DNA of 63,774 nucleotides, counting the filler, from Rhizaria sp. SCN 62-66 (Eukaryota), in the NCBI GenBank assembly GCA_001724265.1. It is 2 parts of 2 records of this genome, joined end to end, with 100 filler letters (N's around TTAATTAATTAA, not from the genome) between each part and the next. Parts side by side here need not be neighbours in the genome. Positions count along the whole stretch, not along the records: positions 1 to 31,862 come from MEDY01000349.1; 1 more part is not named here. One strand, written 5' to 3'. A program made the position numbers and the translations under genes. Below the pieces are notes generated by a model that was given only the letters and a program-made list of their open reading frames with translations, made no database searches and was not told where the DNA came from. Shown piece by piece: positions 1-13,061 of this stretch (positions within the stretch are counted from its first letter, which is position 1; every line of letters begins with the position of its first letter).

Positions 1-1
1 G

Positions 2-35
2 GCCAGAGCTGCGGCGGCGGGCGGGGACGCCGCGC

Positions 36-66
<31 letters not shown>

Positions 67-1438
67 GGCCGCGGTTGCCGGCGGGGGCGCCGCTGCGGCC
101 GCGGCCGCGATGGGCGCCGCCGACCTCGCCGGGCTGCTGCGGCCTTACTTTGAGGAGGCCGCGCCGCTGCATGCCACTGCGGCAGCCGCGGCGGCCGCGG
201 AGGCGGTAGCAGCGCGCGCGGCGATTACGGCTGCGAGCAGCAGCAACAGCAGTAGTTGCAGCAGCGTAGGAAGTAGTAGCAGTATCGCCAACAGCGTCGC
301 CGCTGCTGTCGGTGCCAGTGGAGAGCTTGGCAGAAGGAAGAAGACGGTTGCCCCTGCGCGCACGCTTGCTGCCGTCGTCGCTGCCGCCGCCGTCGCCGGC
401 GTCTCTGCGCCCGAGCTGTGCCACGGCGGCGAGCAGAAGGAGCAGCACCACGCGCGGTCACAGCAACAACAACAGCAGCAGCAGCGGCAGCTGCATCCGC
501 TGCTGCGCGGGCTGCCGCTGGGCCGCGCCTTCGAGCCAGTGCCCTCCGCGACGGCGATCAGTGTCGTCGCCGCGGCCGCCGCGGTTAGCACGCCCGCCTC
601 CGCCACCGGGACTGAGAGCGACGCCTCCGCTGCTGCCACTGGAGCTGCTGCGGCGAGCGCTGCCCCAGGCGCATCGACGGCTGACTCAACTTCCTCTACT
701 CCGCTTGCGCAGTCGCAACTGGCACAGTCGCTCTCGCATCCACACTCTGCCGTGGCCGCCACCGCGGCGACTCAGTCGTCGTCGTCGTCGTCGTCGTCGT
801 TGCCCGGCGGCCTGCGGGCGGTCGCCGCGCGCGCCGCGGCGTGGCTGTCGGACACGGGCGACGTGCAGAGCTTCTCCGTGCTCGCGTTGGCGCTGACGTC
901 CTGCTTCCCGCCGTCGCAGCTCTCGGAGCGCGAGGAGGACGCTGCGGCGGCCGCGCCCGGCGCGCGCGTGACGGCGACGTTCGACGTCAACGACCTGGTC
1001 GCGCGCCCGCTGCGCCGCCTCGCGCTGCACAGCTACCGCGAGCTGCTGCGCCGCCTGCGCCTCGACGTCGAGGCAGCGCGCGTGCTCAAGCTCAGTCGCA
1101 TCCCCGCGCTGGCCACGGAGCCGCTTAAGGGCACCGCCATGGCCGACGGAGGCGTTGCCGACCCGTCGCCGAGCGCGCCCGCCGCGCTGGCCGCGATCAA
1201 CAACGAGCCTGCGCCTGCCGCCGGCTCGGCGGGGCGACGCGGGCAGCCGCTGTGCGGCGTGTGCCGCGAGGGCGTGGCGGGGCTCTGGGTGTGGTGCCGC
1301 GGCTGCGGCCACGGCGGCCACCTCACGCACGTCATGGACTGGTTCCGCACAGGCGCGCAGCACTGCCCCGCCGGCTGCGGACACGCCTGCGTGGAGGACG
1401 ATACGCTTGCCACGGGCCCTCAGGACGACTGGGCGTGA
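2..1438 (+). CDS. WDR24: GATOR2/SEA complex subunit WDR24 (Sea2)-like, 3' part only (5' end outside window)
   Basis: Frame is open from base 2 to TGA at 1436-1438. The C-terminal RING-like motif [31 protein letters not shown]...CPAGCGHAC and the upstream GDVQ...[11 protein letters not shown]...VLKLS segments match recalled WDR24 features better than WDR59 or MIOS. Confidence 0.8.
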
Positions 1439-1649
1439 GCCACAAAAATATTATTGTTACGTTTATTTCCATGATCTAACCAAAGCTTACAATATCTATT
1501 TAGAAGTATTAATAAAACACTATATTGATTGTCATTTCAATCTAGAACTATAAAATAAAGTGGTAGCGCCTCAATCTACTAATTTTGATATTCATATTGT
1601 CATATTGCACATTCACGGCGACGGTGACATTCTCATCCTCGAGCTAACA

Positions 1650-3410
1650 TCATCGCTCCTTAGGCTGCGGTACAGCATCATCATGTGTCAGGTCACCCAC
1701 AATATCCACCAGAAGCTGATCCAGTCGTATTGCTTCTTCCCTCTCATCAGTGCACGATTTCTGTTTCCGCCTTAGCTTCGACAGCGCGTCACGGCCACCC
1801 GCATCGAAGAAGGCTGCCAGGAACACATTGCGCGGCACGGCGCCCTCAACCAGCACCGCGGGGTCTGCGCTCGTGTCGCCAGCCTGAATCATAAGGCGCA
1901 CAGCCGTGTAGAGCCGTTCCAGCGAGGGTGCCATGGATATGGCGGCGGCGGCAGACAGCGTCTGCGCTAGGTAGAGGAGCGCGCCAGATTCGAGCAGCGC
2001 ATGCGCCACATCCGCCACGTTGCCACCTTTGTCTGTCGGAGCCGCAGCAAGCGCATCGCGCATCAGAGAAGACAGCATTACTGCTACCCTCCACTCAGGC
2101 CTCCGCATATCACCAGTGTGTGGGGGCACGGCCACGCGCGGGATGAGCGTTTGCAGCGCTTCCGAAGCGAACACGCGCGCCGCCATCTCGGGGCCCTTGG
2201 CCTGCAAGTTGGCCAGCGTCCGTATCAACTTTGTCAACTCAGAGAACTCATCGGGTTCAAGAGACATGGCAAGCCGCTGCAGATGCAAGAGCGCGGGCGG
2301 CGTGAAAATGCGCGCAGATACGTCACCGTCGCCGGTCACCGCGGCGACCTGGCGGACAAGGTCCAGCGCGTGACTGCGCATGAAGATGGTTCCTCCAACA
2401 AGCGAGACAATGTCGATGCCACCAGAGACCAGAGCTTCAAAGCGCACACCCTCGCTTTCTTCACGGAAAATGGCCGCTAGCATGCTGACTGCGGAGGTAT
2501 ACGCATCAGCCAACATAGGATTTCCATGAAAGTTTTGTAACGCGAAAAAAAGCAGCGGTAAGATTGGCTCTGTGACACGAAAAGGCAGCGGTGGATCCGC
2601 CGCGTCAAGTAAAAAGGACATCGTATGCAAGAGGGCTATGGGCACAGCGGCACCTACAATGACGGCGCGCTCGAACATCTGGGCCCCGTAGCGAAACACG
2701 GTTGCGAACACGCCGCGCTCGATTAGCGAGTCGATAACGTGGCGCCCTTCGCAGGCGAGGCGGCCCAGCGTCAAAAGCGCGCTACTGACAATCTCTTCGT
2801 TGTCACCATCTTGGTTCAGCATGCGGCAAAGCTTCTCCGACGCGCCGCACTGAAGCAGCGCTGTACAGCCTTCGGAGACAATTGCAACGTTGTAGAACAA
2901 CATAAGAGTCTCGTTTTTGCGTTCGAGCTCAAGCGAGTCTGCACAGTATTCAAGCGATTGCAAAAGCCAATCAAACAAGCTAAGTTCGAGACACGTTTCC
3001 ATAAAGGGCTTCACATTCGACTAACGACGAATGAACGCATTGAGACGCACAACTCCGGTGGGCTTTGGTGTGAGTGACATTAAGTCAGCGAGCGCCCCAT
3101 GGAACTAGACGTCAGAAAACCAGGATGTTATTCGTGAATCAGCGTATTTGACACAGTAGTTGCTCATATATCCCTTTGTAGAAGCTTCAAAGAACATAGC
3201 ACAGAGGGATGCGAGGTTAACAGTGTATACAGGGAGAGACAAACAAAAAGTGGGCGGGGCAGAGTTAGCGTAAGACATGGAAATGGAGAGAGAACGAGTT
3301 TGTACAGCGTAATAGCAAACCCATAAAAGACGTGACATCAATAAAGTACATAAGAATAGCCATTTGTCAAGATTCTTTTTGTTAAATTGCTGTTTTCGTA
3401 ATGTTGACAT
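1650..3410 (-). CDS. Divergent importin-alpha-like armadillo-repeat protein; 5' end uncertain; two in-frame TAG (3105-3107, 3021-3023) if it starts at 3410 or 3167
   Basis: ARM-like helical repeats (NEEIVSSALLTLGRLACEG...IDSLIERGV; IRTLANL; FFDAGGRDALSKL), ending at TGA 1650-1652. ORFs 3105..3410 and 1650..3014 share a frame and are separated only by two TAGs. The N-terminus MSTLRKQQFNKKNLD resembles the start of importin-alpha. A pyrimidine-rich stretch (~3184-3350) may be an intron. Confidence 0.55.
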
Positions 3411-3775
3411 GATATGTCGGCATCAATTTGTGTTTCATGAGGTGGGTGGTGGGTGTTCGTTGACATAGTCTAAAAACAGCATATATCTTTGACATTTGAT
3501 CGTTAAACCAATTGATATAACAGTATATGTCTGTTACACATGTAGTATAAACGAATACTTAATTATATCTCTTAGAGTTGCGATTTAACGCTGTTATCAT
3601 TGACACGAGATTTGACTTGTGGTTGTCGCAACTGTCACACGTAGCTAGGCAGCTTGTGAACAGTGAGCCGTTGTCAACACCGAGACTGAGTTTTGAAATA
3701 AATTTGTATGAAATGATATCAAGATATGATAAAACTGCCCGCACAATCATCAACATATCGATAGTTCCAGCTGCA

Positions 3776-6772
3776 TTACACCGGCAGGTAGGTCCCCACA
3801 GCCTGCGCCACGTGGTGGATGGCGCATGCGTAGAGCCACGAGAAGTTGGCCAGCGGCACGTCGGTCAGCTGCGTGCTGTCCAGGTTCTGCACAGGCGCCT
3901 TAGCCAGCACGTCCTCGAGGCAGGCGTGCGCACCCGCCATCGTCGACGCCAGCAGCAGCAGCCCGCCGCCGCCGCCGCCGCCGCCACCGCTGGACTCGGC
4001 AGCCGACAGCGACTCTAGCATGGGCAGCGAGCCGAGGCTGCCGAAGTTGCCGCTGCTGTTGCCGTTGCTGTTGAGGATCTCGAGCGGGAGCTCCGCGTCG
4101 GTGGCGCAGCGCGCGCCGGCCGCGCGGGCCAGCGCCTCGGCGACCTCGCGCGACAGCGCCGCCGCGGCGGGGCCCGCGGCCGGGGCGCCCAACGCGGCCG
4201 CGCGCGCGTCGTCGGCGACGAAGAGCACGCAGCCGAGCAGCGGCCCGCCGAGGTTCAGCGCGGTCGCGCTCAGGTGCACGGGACACGGACCCGAGGCCGC
4301 CGCCAGCGCCGCCCGCAGCGCAGGCAGCCGCAGCACCGCGGCCAGCAGTCTGCTGCCGGCGTTGCTGTTGCCGTTGTCCGCGCCGGCAGCGGCGTCGTTG
4401 TTGCTGTCGTCGTTCATGGCGGCGAGGACCGAGGCCGTCAGCACCGCGGGCGCGCCGCCCTCACGGTCAGTCTCGTGGTCGGCCTGCATCGAGGCTCCCG
4501 GACTGAGACTCTGCCCGTAGCCCTGGCCGTGGCCGTCAGCGGACTGCTGCTGCTGCTGTTGTTGCTGTAGGTGCGGCGGCGAGAAGGCGGCCAGCGCGCG
4601 GCGCAGTGAGAGACCGCGCGGCAGCGCGCCTGCGGCGACCGCGGCGGCGGCGTCCCTGCGCGCGGCGCGCACGAGCGCGGCGGCGCGGGCCTGCGGCGCC
4701 TCGAAGCCGGCCTCGTCGAGCCACGCTCCCGCGCGCAGCGACTGCAGCAGCCAGCCCGAGGACACGACGAAGGCGCCGCGCGCGATGCCGAAGATGACCT
4801 TGAGCGTGTACTTCGGGTCGTCCGTCAGCAGGTGTGTGTGCGGGGTCGCGGGACACGCGCGTTGGCGACCGAGGCTATTGCTGCCGCTGCCAGAGCCAGT
4901 GCCAGTGCCCGGGGGGTCGGGCTCGATGTAGGTGACGGAGGCGGGGAGCGTGACGGCGGCACGCGCGGCCCGCAGCGCGGCCTCGGACTGCGCGTGCACC
5001 GACGATGTCATGATCACGAACGGGAACGGTGGCTCGGGCATCACGATCAGCCCGTTGGCGTCCGTGACTGGGCCAGCGCCGGCCGCAGCGGCGGCGTCGC
5101 CGGCGGCGTCGGCGGGTGGAGACCCGGCAACGGGGGGCGTGGTGACGGGGCCGGCCAGAGACGCGGCGCTCACCGTCACGGGCGCGGGCGCAGACACGGC
5201 GACGACGGTGGCGGGCTCAGAGCTCGCAGTCGCGGGGGCAGCGGTCTCTACCGCAGTCTCAGCCGCGGCCGTAGCCGCAGTCTCAGCCGCGGTCTCCGCC
5301 GCGGTCTCGGTCTTGGTCGCGGCGGCGTCTTCGCTGCCTGCGCCGGCGCCGGTGCTGTTGCTGGTGCTGCTGGTGCTGCTGGTGCGGGAGACAATGGGCT
5401 TGCCGCCGCTGGGCTTCGACTCGGGCTGAGACTCTGACTGCAACTCTGACCCCGACTCGGACTTCGCGGCAGCAGCAGCAGTAGCAGCAGCAGCAGTGTC
5501 AGCAAACTCAGTCTTGCTCGCAGCGGAAGCCTTGTCGTTGTCCTTGCTATCCTTCGCATCCTTGGCAGTGTCTTTCTCTAACGAGTCAGCACTGGCTTTG
5601 CTCTTGGCATCACCGTCAGCGGCCTCGTCTGAAACAACGACAATAGCGTCGTCGTCGTCATCATCATCATCAGCATTCTTGCTGCCCGCAGCATCGGCGG
5701 CGGCGGCGGCGGCGGCGCTGGTCTTGCGCGCGCCGCACGCGCTGCAGCGCTGACGCTGCGGCTTGTTCAGCAGCGTGCAGGTCCCGCATACCCACTCCGC
5801 CGCACCAGCAGCAACAGCAGCCGCAGCAGCAGCTCCAGTCGAGGCGGGGCTGCCGGCGCCCGCGGTCCGGCTGACGCTCTTGCCGCCCGTGGGCGTGCTC
5901 GCGCCGCTGTTGGCCGCGCTGCCGGCGGGGCGCGCGCGCTTGGAGACGGGGGCGACTGGCTTCAAGTCGTCATCAGTGGCGGACGCAGCAGCAGCAGCAG
6001 CGGCGGCGGCGGCGACAGAGGTGTCGGACGAGTCAGTCCCAGTTGTCGCGGCGCCAGAATCGGAGTCCGCAGCAGCAGCGCTGGCGGCGTTGGCGTTGGG
6101 CGAGAGGGACCGCTTGCCGCGGCGGCCACCGTCGGAGCCGCCGCGGATCCGGACACGGCCGCTCGGGGTCACCTCAGCGGCAACCTCAGGGGCAGTCTGA
6201 GCGGCAGCCTCAGCAGCTGCCTCGGCGGCCTTGGCGGCAAGCGCGGCGTCCGTATCGGTTATGGCCTGCGCGTCGACCGACAGGGGCTCCAGCGCGGGCA
6301 GCGACTGCGGCGGCTGCAGCGACTGCGAGTCCAGGAGCTCCAGCGGCTGCTGCTCCGGCGACAGCGACTGCTGCGAGGGCAGGGTTGGCGGCGGCACGGA
6401 GCCGAAGTCGGTGTCCGGCGCGAAAGCCACCGAGCGGCCCGAGCCGCGGCTGGACGCGCCGGGCGCGCGCAGGTTGCCGGCGAGGTTGGCGGTGCCGGCT
6501 AGCGCTGACGCGGCTGCGGGCGCGGATACAGCCGCAGGAGCGCGAGAGCTTGCGTTTGCATTGCTGCCGTCAGCGTTGGGGTCGGCGTCCGTCATGGGGA
6601 CGGCGCTCGCGCTCGCGCTGCTGCTGCTGCTGCTGCTGCTGTTGTCACTGGCGCCACTGCCACTGGTCTCGATGGTGCCAGAGGTGTCGATGGTATCGAT
6701 GGCTTCAATAGTGTCTACGCTGTTGCTGACGTCGACGACGTCGTCAGCGGCGTCCTGCATCTTCGTCGCGGG

Positions 6773-6807
<35 letters not shown>

Positions 6808-7298
6808 CGTCTTTGCTATCGCTCTTGGCCGTGCTCTTGGTCGTCTTCGCAGCCGCCTTGGTCTCAGCCTTCTTGCCCTTGGCCTTGTTTGGAGACGCGG
6901 ACGCAGACGCAGTCTTACTGTTCTTGCTCTTCTTATCGTTCTCGTTGGAGTCATCATCGCTCTCGTTGTCGCTGACGAGCACGACCTCGTCCGCGTCAGC
7001 GTCAGCGCTGCCACTGCCACTGCGAGGCGCAGCTGCGGCCACGGGCGGAGTCGCAGCCGGGGCCACGGGTTGCGCGCCCGCGAGCGAGGAACCGCAGACA
7101 GGGCAGCAGCGCGCGCGCGCCGCGCACGAGAGCGTGCACGTGGGACACGAGACCTGCGCGGGGACACGCGACTGCGACTGCTTGGCGGGCTGAGGCTTGG
7201 GCTTGGGCTTGGCGCTGCCCGTGTCAGCGCTGCTCGTGTCAGCCTCCGTCGCTGTCTTGGTAGCCTTCGCCGGAGTTTCAACAGCAGCAGCAGCAGCT

Positions 7299-7334
<36 letters not shown>

Positions 7335-8548
7335 GCGGCAGCAGCTTCAGCCTCAGCCTCAGACTTGGCCTTAGCCTCAGCAGCAGCCTTGGCCTTCGCA
7401 GCCCTGGCCGCCGCCTCCGCCTGCTTCTTGGCCTTGGCCTCCACCTCCGCCTCGGCCTTAGCTTTTGCCTTGGCCTCGACCTCAGCAGTCTTCTGCGCCT
7501 TGGCAGCGGCGGCAGCGGCAGCAGCGGCCTCGGCAGCCTTGACCTTATCTTCAGCCCCAGTCGCTCCCACCTTGCCAGCCTTGCCTTTGCCCTTGCTCTT
7601 CCCAGCCTTGTCTTCGGCCTCAGCATCTGCCTCCGCCTCCGAGTCCGAGTCCGCCTCGAGCTCCACGACGGGCGGCGGCGGCGGGCGCGGCCGCGCGCAC
7701 ATGGCGCACAGTTGCGCGCGCGCCGCGTTGGTGAAGGTGCACCCATGGCAGCTCCACGTCGCCGACAGCAGTGCGTCCGCCGCGGACTTGCCCGGGGCCG
7801 CACCAGAGCCAGAGCCAGAGCCAGAGCCAGGGCTAGCAGCAGGCGAGGCTGATGCGCTAGAGCCGGCACGGGCACCGCTCTTGCCCTTGGTCTTGGTCGG
7901 CGTAGCGGCGGTCGCAGGAACAGCACCAGCAGCAGTGGTGCCTGGCTTCGTGGCAGCAGCCTTGCCCTTGCCCTTGGCCTTCGAGTCTTTGCCCTGATCG
8001 TCATCGTCGCTGTCATCGACCATCACGAGTCCACCGTCGTCATCGTCGTCATCATCGGCGTCTTTGGCGGGGCTGCCTTTGCCTTTGCTCTTGCTCTTGC
8101 TCTTGGCATCGTTGGCCTTACTCTGCGCCCTCGCCTGCGGCTGAGCCTGGCGCTGAGCCTCATTCTGCGTCACTGGCGTCCCTGTCGCAGCCTCCGCCTC
8201 GGCCTCGGCCTCGGTTTGCGGCGTGAAGTAGGGGCTGAGGCGCGGCTGGCGCGGCGCGTCGCAGACCTGGCAGCGCGACACTGCGCGCGCGTTGTGCATC
8301 GTGCACTGGTGGCACGCCCACACCTGTGCAGCAGCCTTGCCGGCCACCGCGGCGGCGGCGCCGCGGCCGCCAGTCGACTCAGTCATTGCAGACGATGACG
8401 ATGATGAGGAAGACGCTGAAGAGGCCGAGCGAACCGGGGGCCGCGCGGGGCCGACCGCAGGGGCGGAGGAGTCCGCGGAGGCGGCTAAACCAGGCTGGGC
8501 AGCTGGAGCCGTAGCAGCAACAACACGATTAGGCGTGCGGGGGGGCAT
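3776..8548 (-). CDS. 1590-aa protein with four RanBP2/NZF-type zinc fingers and C-terminal BRCT domain(s); probable DNA-damage/ubiquitin adaptor
   Basis: Fingers WACHQCTMHN...CQVC, WSCHGCTFTN...CAMC, VSCPTCTLSC...CPVC and WVCGTCTLLN...CSAC. BRCT signature THLL...YTLKVIFGIARGAFVVSSGWLLQSLRAGAWLDEAGFE, plus a degenerate second repeat ending FSWLYACA. ATG 8548, TAA 3776-3778. Confidence 0.8.
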
Positions 8549-9878
8549 GCGACTTGTTGTGGAAGACGAAAGAAGTCTTGGTCAATATCAACAGAAGAAC
8601 CGCGTTTCCTAGAAAAACGAGACGCTGTGCAAAAGAACAAGACAGTGTTGCCAATGAGCGTGTTGAGTATGCGGAAGAGTCGAGTCAAGATTGTGCGGCT
8701 GACGAGTGAGTGGGCAGAGTTTGATGATGCTTCCTGGTGCCCGCCATTTAGCGTTGATTTCCCCAAGGTTCAAAGAGTGGCAATCAACGCAAATAGACAT
8801 CATAACAGCATAGTTGCGCATATCACAGCAGATACTAATTGGTAATTATAACTGATTCTCCTATGAGTCCGAAATAACAACATTGTGAGAGAGAACATTA
8901 TGTTGCAGCAAGTCTAGCTTCGAAGTGAAGCTCCAGAGTGGAGAAAATGAGTAGCAAGGACCCAAGAAAAGCACCAGGCGCACATCACTAAAAGAAACAA
9001 ATAGTATACTCTACTTGGAAATCCTAAACAATTGTCAAAATTACACTTTACGATAATCGTATAGCGCACTAACCTGCTTTCACCCTGGTTAGGGAAGGCG
9101 CGTACGAAGGCCCGCCACTGGTGACAAAAACCCGTATGTGGTCGATCTGCTCGTCAAACAAAATCTGGGCTGACTAGTCAGGATCGAAAAATGACCGTGA
9201 GTGACGGCGTGTTAAGGCAGAAAACCCACCGTTCGAACACGATTGCGGGCGACAAACCGAGCAGCAACGCATACTTGTTAGACTGGGCGGGATTGCGTCA
9301 ATTGAAAATACTAGCGCGTTATTTTAATTTGATTCGACTCAAGCGTTAGCCTGTACGCACGATTGCGGGCCTCCTTCGCGACCTCCCATCTGCGAGACAA
9401 AGGGCGCCGTGGGAAGATATGTTCTGCCTTCTGTGGGATGCATACGGGCGTTGCCCGCTGTTAATTTTGAACAATGAGTTTATTCGGCGCGTTATTATCC
9501 TGGCAAAAATCGCTATCTCCATTGAACTTGATTCCCGGAGCGTAGATTGTCTCTGCCATAGTCATTCAGTGACGTCCAAACGCGCTGCTTCCGTCTTCCG
9601 AGACGCGTCTGCATGCCTTATATCACCCCTGACTCACCATACTGCTCGTCATGTTCTCTCCCTTTGCTACTGGCCTTAATCAAAACTCTTATCACACTCA
9701 CTCTCACCTAGCGCTCGTCTCGCAAGACACCCCCTTCGTAACCATCACTTCCAAGTGCGAGCTTCCCTCCCTTTCCCCACGCCATCCCCGTCGTCGCCGC
9801 CGCCGCATCGCGCCGTCTTCTTGCCGCGCATCCGCGCCCGCGCCGACCGTTTCTAAATTTTATTTTCCGTGTCGCGCC

Positions 9879-10273
9879 ATGTTTCACCCCGCTCCGGGCG
9901 CCGCGCCCGCGCCCGCGTCCGCGTCCGCGTCTTCACCGTCGCCAGCCGCTCCGGGCTCTGCTTCCACCAGTACCACCAATAACAACAATAACAACGCTAT
10001 GAATGCGAACAACAACACCGGCAACGCACCCGCAGGCCCCGGTGCGTCCTCGTTTTTCTCCCTGCCTGGCGGTAGCGCCGGCGCTGACGCGGAGCACTTC
10101 CAGTCGCAGATGCTGCTTCCGCTCGCGCTCTCGCTCGACGCGCCCTTCGGCATCGGCCTCGGCGGCCCCAGCAGCGGCGGCGGCGTCGACAGCGGCAGCA
10201 ACTACATCTCCGCGCCCTGGCCGCGCTTCACCGACCTGACCCCCTCCGAGAGCCCCACGCACGCAGGCAGCGG

Positions 10274-10309
<36 letters not shown>

Positions 10310-10447
10310 TAACAGTCACGGTATGAACATGAATAGTGCCGGCAGCGCGGGCGTCTCAATGGGCGCGATGGGCGGTATCAATCTGCACAGCATGAGCGTT
10401 AGCTCCACCGCGCAGGCGCACGCGCAGCTGCAGACCCAACACCAGAT

Positions 10448-10488
<41 letters not shown>

Positions 10489-10517
10489 TGCAGCAGCAGA
10501 TGCAGATGCAGCGAGGC

Positions 10518-10554
<37 letters not shown>

Positions 10555-11617
10555 GCAGCAGCAGCAGCAGCAGCAGCGGCAACGGCAACATGCACCTCAG
10601 CAGCATCAACATGTGGCCCACCGAGCCCGCGGGCATGTCTTGGCCTTCGCTGCCGCTGTCATCCTCCGCGTCCCTGTCCTCCTCAGCCTCGGGCTCCGGC
10701 TCCGCCTCGGGCGCAGCCGTTCCCGGTCCGATCCCCGGCTCCGGCTCCGGCGCTGGCGCTGGCTCGGCGGCGCTGCCGCTGCCGCTGTCGCTCTCGCTCG
10801 ACCAGACCGTTCCCGCATCGGTCTTCCTCCCCAACAACAACAGCAGCGGCAGCAGCAACAACATCAACAACAACGCCAGCAACAACAATAACAACAACAA
10901 CATGCTCGGCGGCGGTGGCATGCCGTCCCTGGGCCGCGCCCCGTCGGTGCCCTCGACCGTTGCGCTCGCGCTCGCGGGCCTGCCCAGCTCCAGTGCCGCC
11001 GCCTCCGGCTCCGCCGCCTCTGGCTCCACCGGCTCCGGCTCTGGCTCTAACTCTGGCTCACACAGCAGCCACCTGCCGCCCGCGGCGCCGGCGCCCGTGC
11101 TCGACTTCGCCGGGCTGCCCCCCCGCACGGCGCAGAGCAACACGCCCAGCAACAACCTCAGCGGCAACAACAGCAGCAACAACACGCCCAGTCCGCACCA
11201 CCACGCGCAGAACCACGGCCATGGCCACGGCGGCCACAGCGGCGGCGGCGGCGGCGGGTCGCGCGCGTCCAGCCCGCACGGCGGCGGGCGCAACTCGCCA
11301 CACGGCAACAGCGGCGGCAGCGGCGCGAACCGGCAGATCTGCGACTTCTTCGTGCGGTCAGGGCTGTCGTCGTGCGTGACGCCCTGCTCCAAGGGCGACC
11401 GCTGCCACTTCTACCACCCGGCGACGACGGCGCCCAACGGCAGCCGCACGCACCGCATCTGCGAGGCATTCCTGCTCACCAAGACGTGCCCGCGCGGCGC
11501 GGCCTGCGGGGATTTGCACCCTGCGGGCAAGGTCTCGCCCAAGCTGCTGCCGCGCCTGCGCGTCGGCGCCGCCTCCAGCCTCGACCTTATCTACGCCGCG
11601 CACCTGCAGCAGCAGCC

Positions 11618-11667
<50 letters not shown>

Positions 11668-11687
11668 CCGGGCTCGGCTCCCCAACA

Positions 11688-11722
<35 letters not shown>

Positions 11723-12765
11723 GCAGATGCAGCTTGGTGCGCTGCAGCTGCAGATGGGCCGCGGGCTCGCTATGCAGCACCAGCAGCACTTCCAGCAGCA
11801 GCAACAGCAGCAGATACAGAGCGTGAACGCGCAGGCGCAGGCGCAGGCGCAGGTTGTCGCGGCGGCCGCGGCACAGGCGCAGGCGCACGCGCAGGCGCAG
11901 CTGCAGCTGCAGTTGCAGCAGTTGCAGCTCCTTCAACAGCAGCAGGGCCAGCAGCAGCAGGGGCAGCAGTATCAGCATCAGCAGCAGCTGCAGCTTCAGT
12001 TGCAGCAGCAGATTCAGCAGCAGATCCAGCAGCAGATCAATCTGCAGCAGGCCCAACAGCAGCAACAACAACAGCAACAGCACGTGCAGCAGCACGCGCA
12101 GCAGCAGCAGGCGCAGCAGATCTTGATGCAGCAGCAGCAAATGTGGCAGCAGCAGCAGCTCCAGAAGCAGCTGCAGTCACAACCGCCGTCGCAGTTTCCC
12201 GGCAGCCAGACCCAGGCCCAGGCCCAGGCCCAGGCCCAGGCCCAGGCCCAGGCCCAGGCCCAGGCCCAGGCCCAGGGCCAGGGCCAGCAGGGCCAGGGCC
12301 GCGGCTACCCCGCGCGGCCGCCGTCGCACCCGCAGCAACAGCAGTTGCAGCAGCACCATTTGCAGCACCAGATGCAGCTCCAGATGCAGCAGCAGAACGG
12401 CGAGCAGGTACGGCAATCGCGAAAAACCTTTGGTTATCGCCTCATATATTTTTATATGCATCATATTTAAGAGGATAGTCAGTAATATAAATCCTTGAAA
12501 GCCGGGATTTATATTACTGACTGTATTACACATATGTTTTTTGATTAACGAATTGAAAAATACTTTATTTGTATATCTCTGACATATCCCTCCAATATCT
12601 CTCTTTTTGTTTTCCTTGTCCGTCCCTTCCTCCCAGGAGTTGCCCTCGCTGCCCGTGTCGCGTGGCGGCTTCAGCCCCGCGCCCGTCCTCAGTCCCAGCC
12701 CCGTGCCCTCGGGCGCCGGCGCGTCGCCCTACCCGCGCAATTCCACGCCCGTCTCGCTCGCTCAG

Positions 12766-12802
<37 letters not shown>

Positions 12803-13026
12803 TGCAAGGGCTGAGTCTGCAACTGCAGAGCCTGAGCCTGCAGCAGGGCGGCGCGCCCCCGTCGGCCGCCGCGGCCGCCGGCATGCCTGTGGGCTACCCG
12901 GTTGCGGCCGGGATGCCGCAGCAGTTCCAGTTCCAGCAACAGCAGCAGCACCAGCAGCATCTGGGGGGCAACGCGGGCGCTAGAGTCGTCGGCATGCCCT
13001 ACTTGGGGCCCGGCAACAGCAGCAGC

Positions 13027-13061
<35 letters not shown>

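Noticed and set aside
9080-9260. GTTCGAA and short stems suggesting a tRNA (possible UAG suppressor)
   Set aside because: I could not build a cloverleaf, D-arm or CUA anticodon loop. No tRNA was found by eye in the window.
9651-9878. Upstream extension of the CCCH ORF from the track's start at 9651
   Set aside because: It has a non-ATG start and UTR-like pyrimidine-rich composition. The ATG at 9879 in GCCATG context is more plausible.
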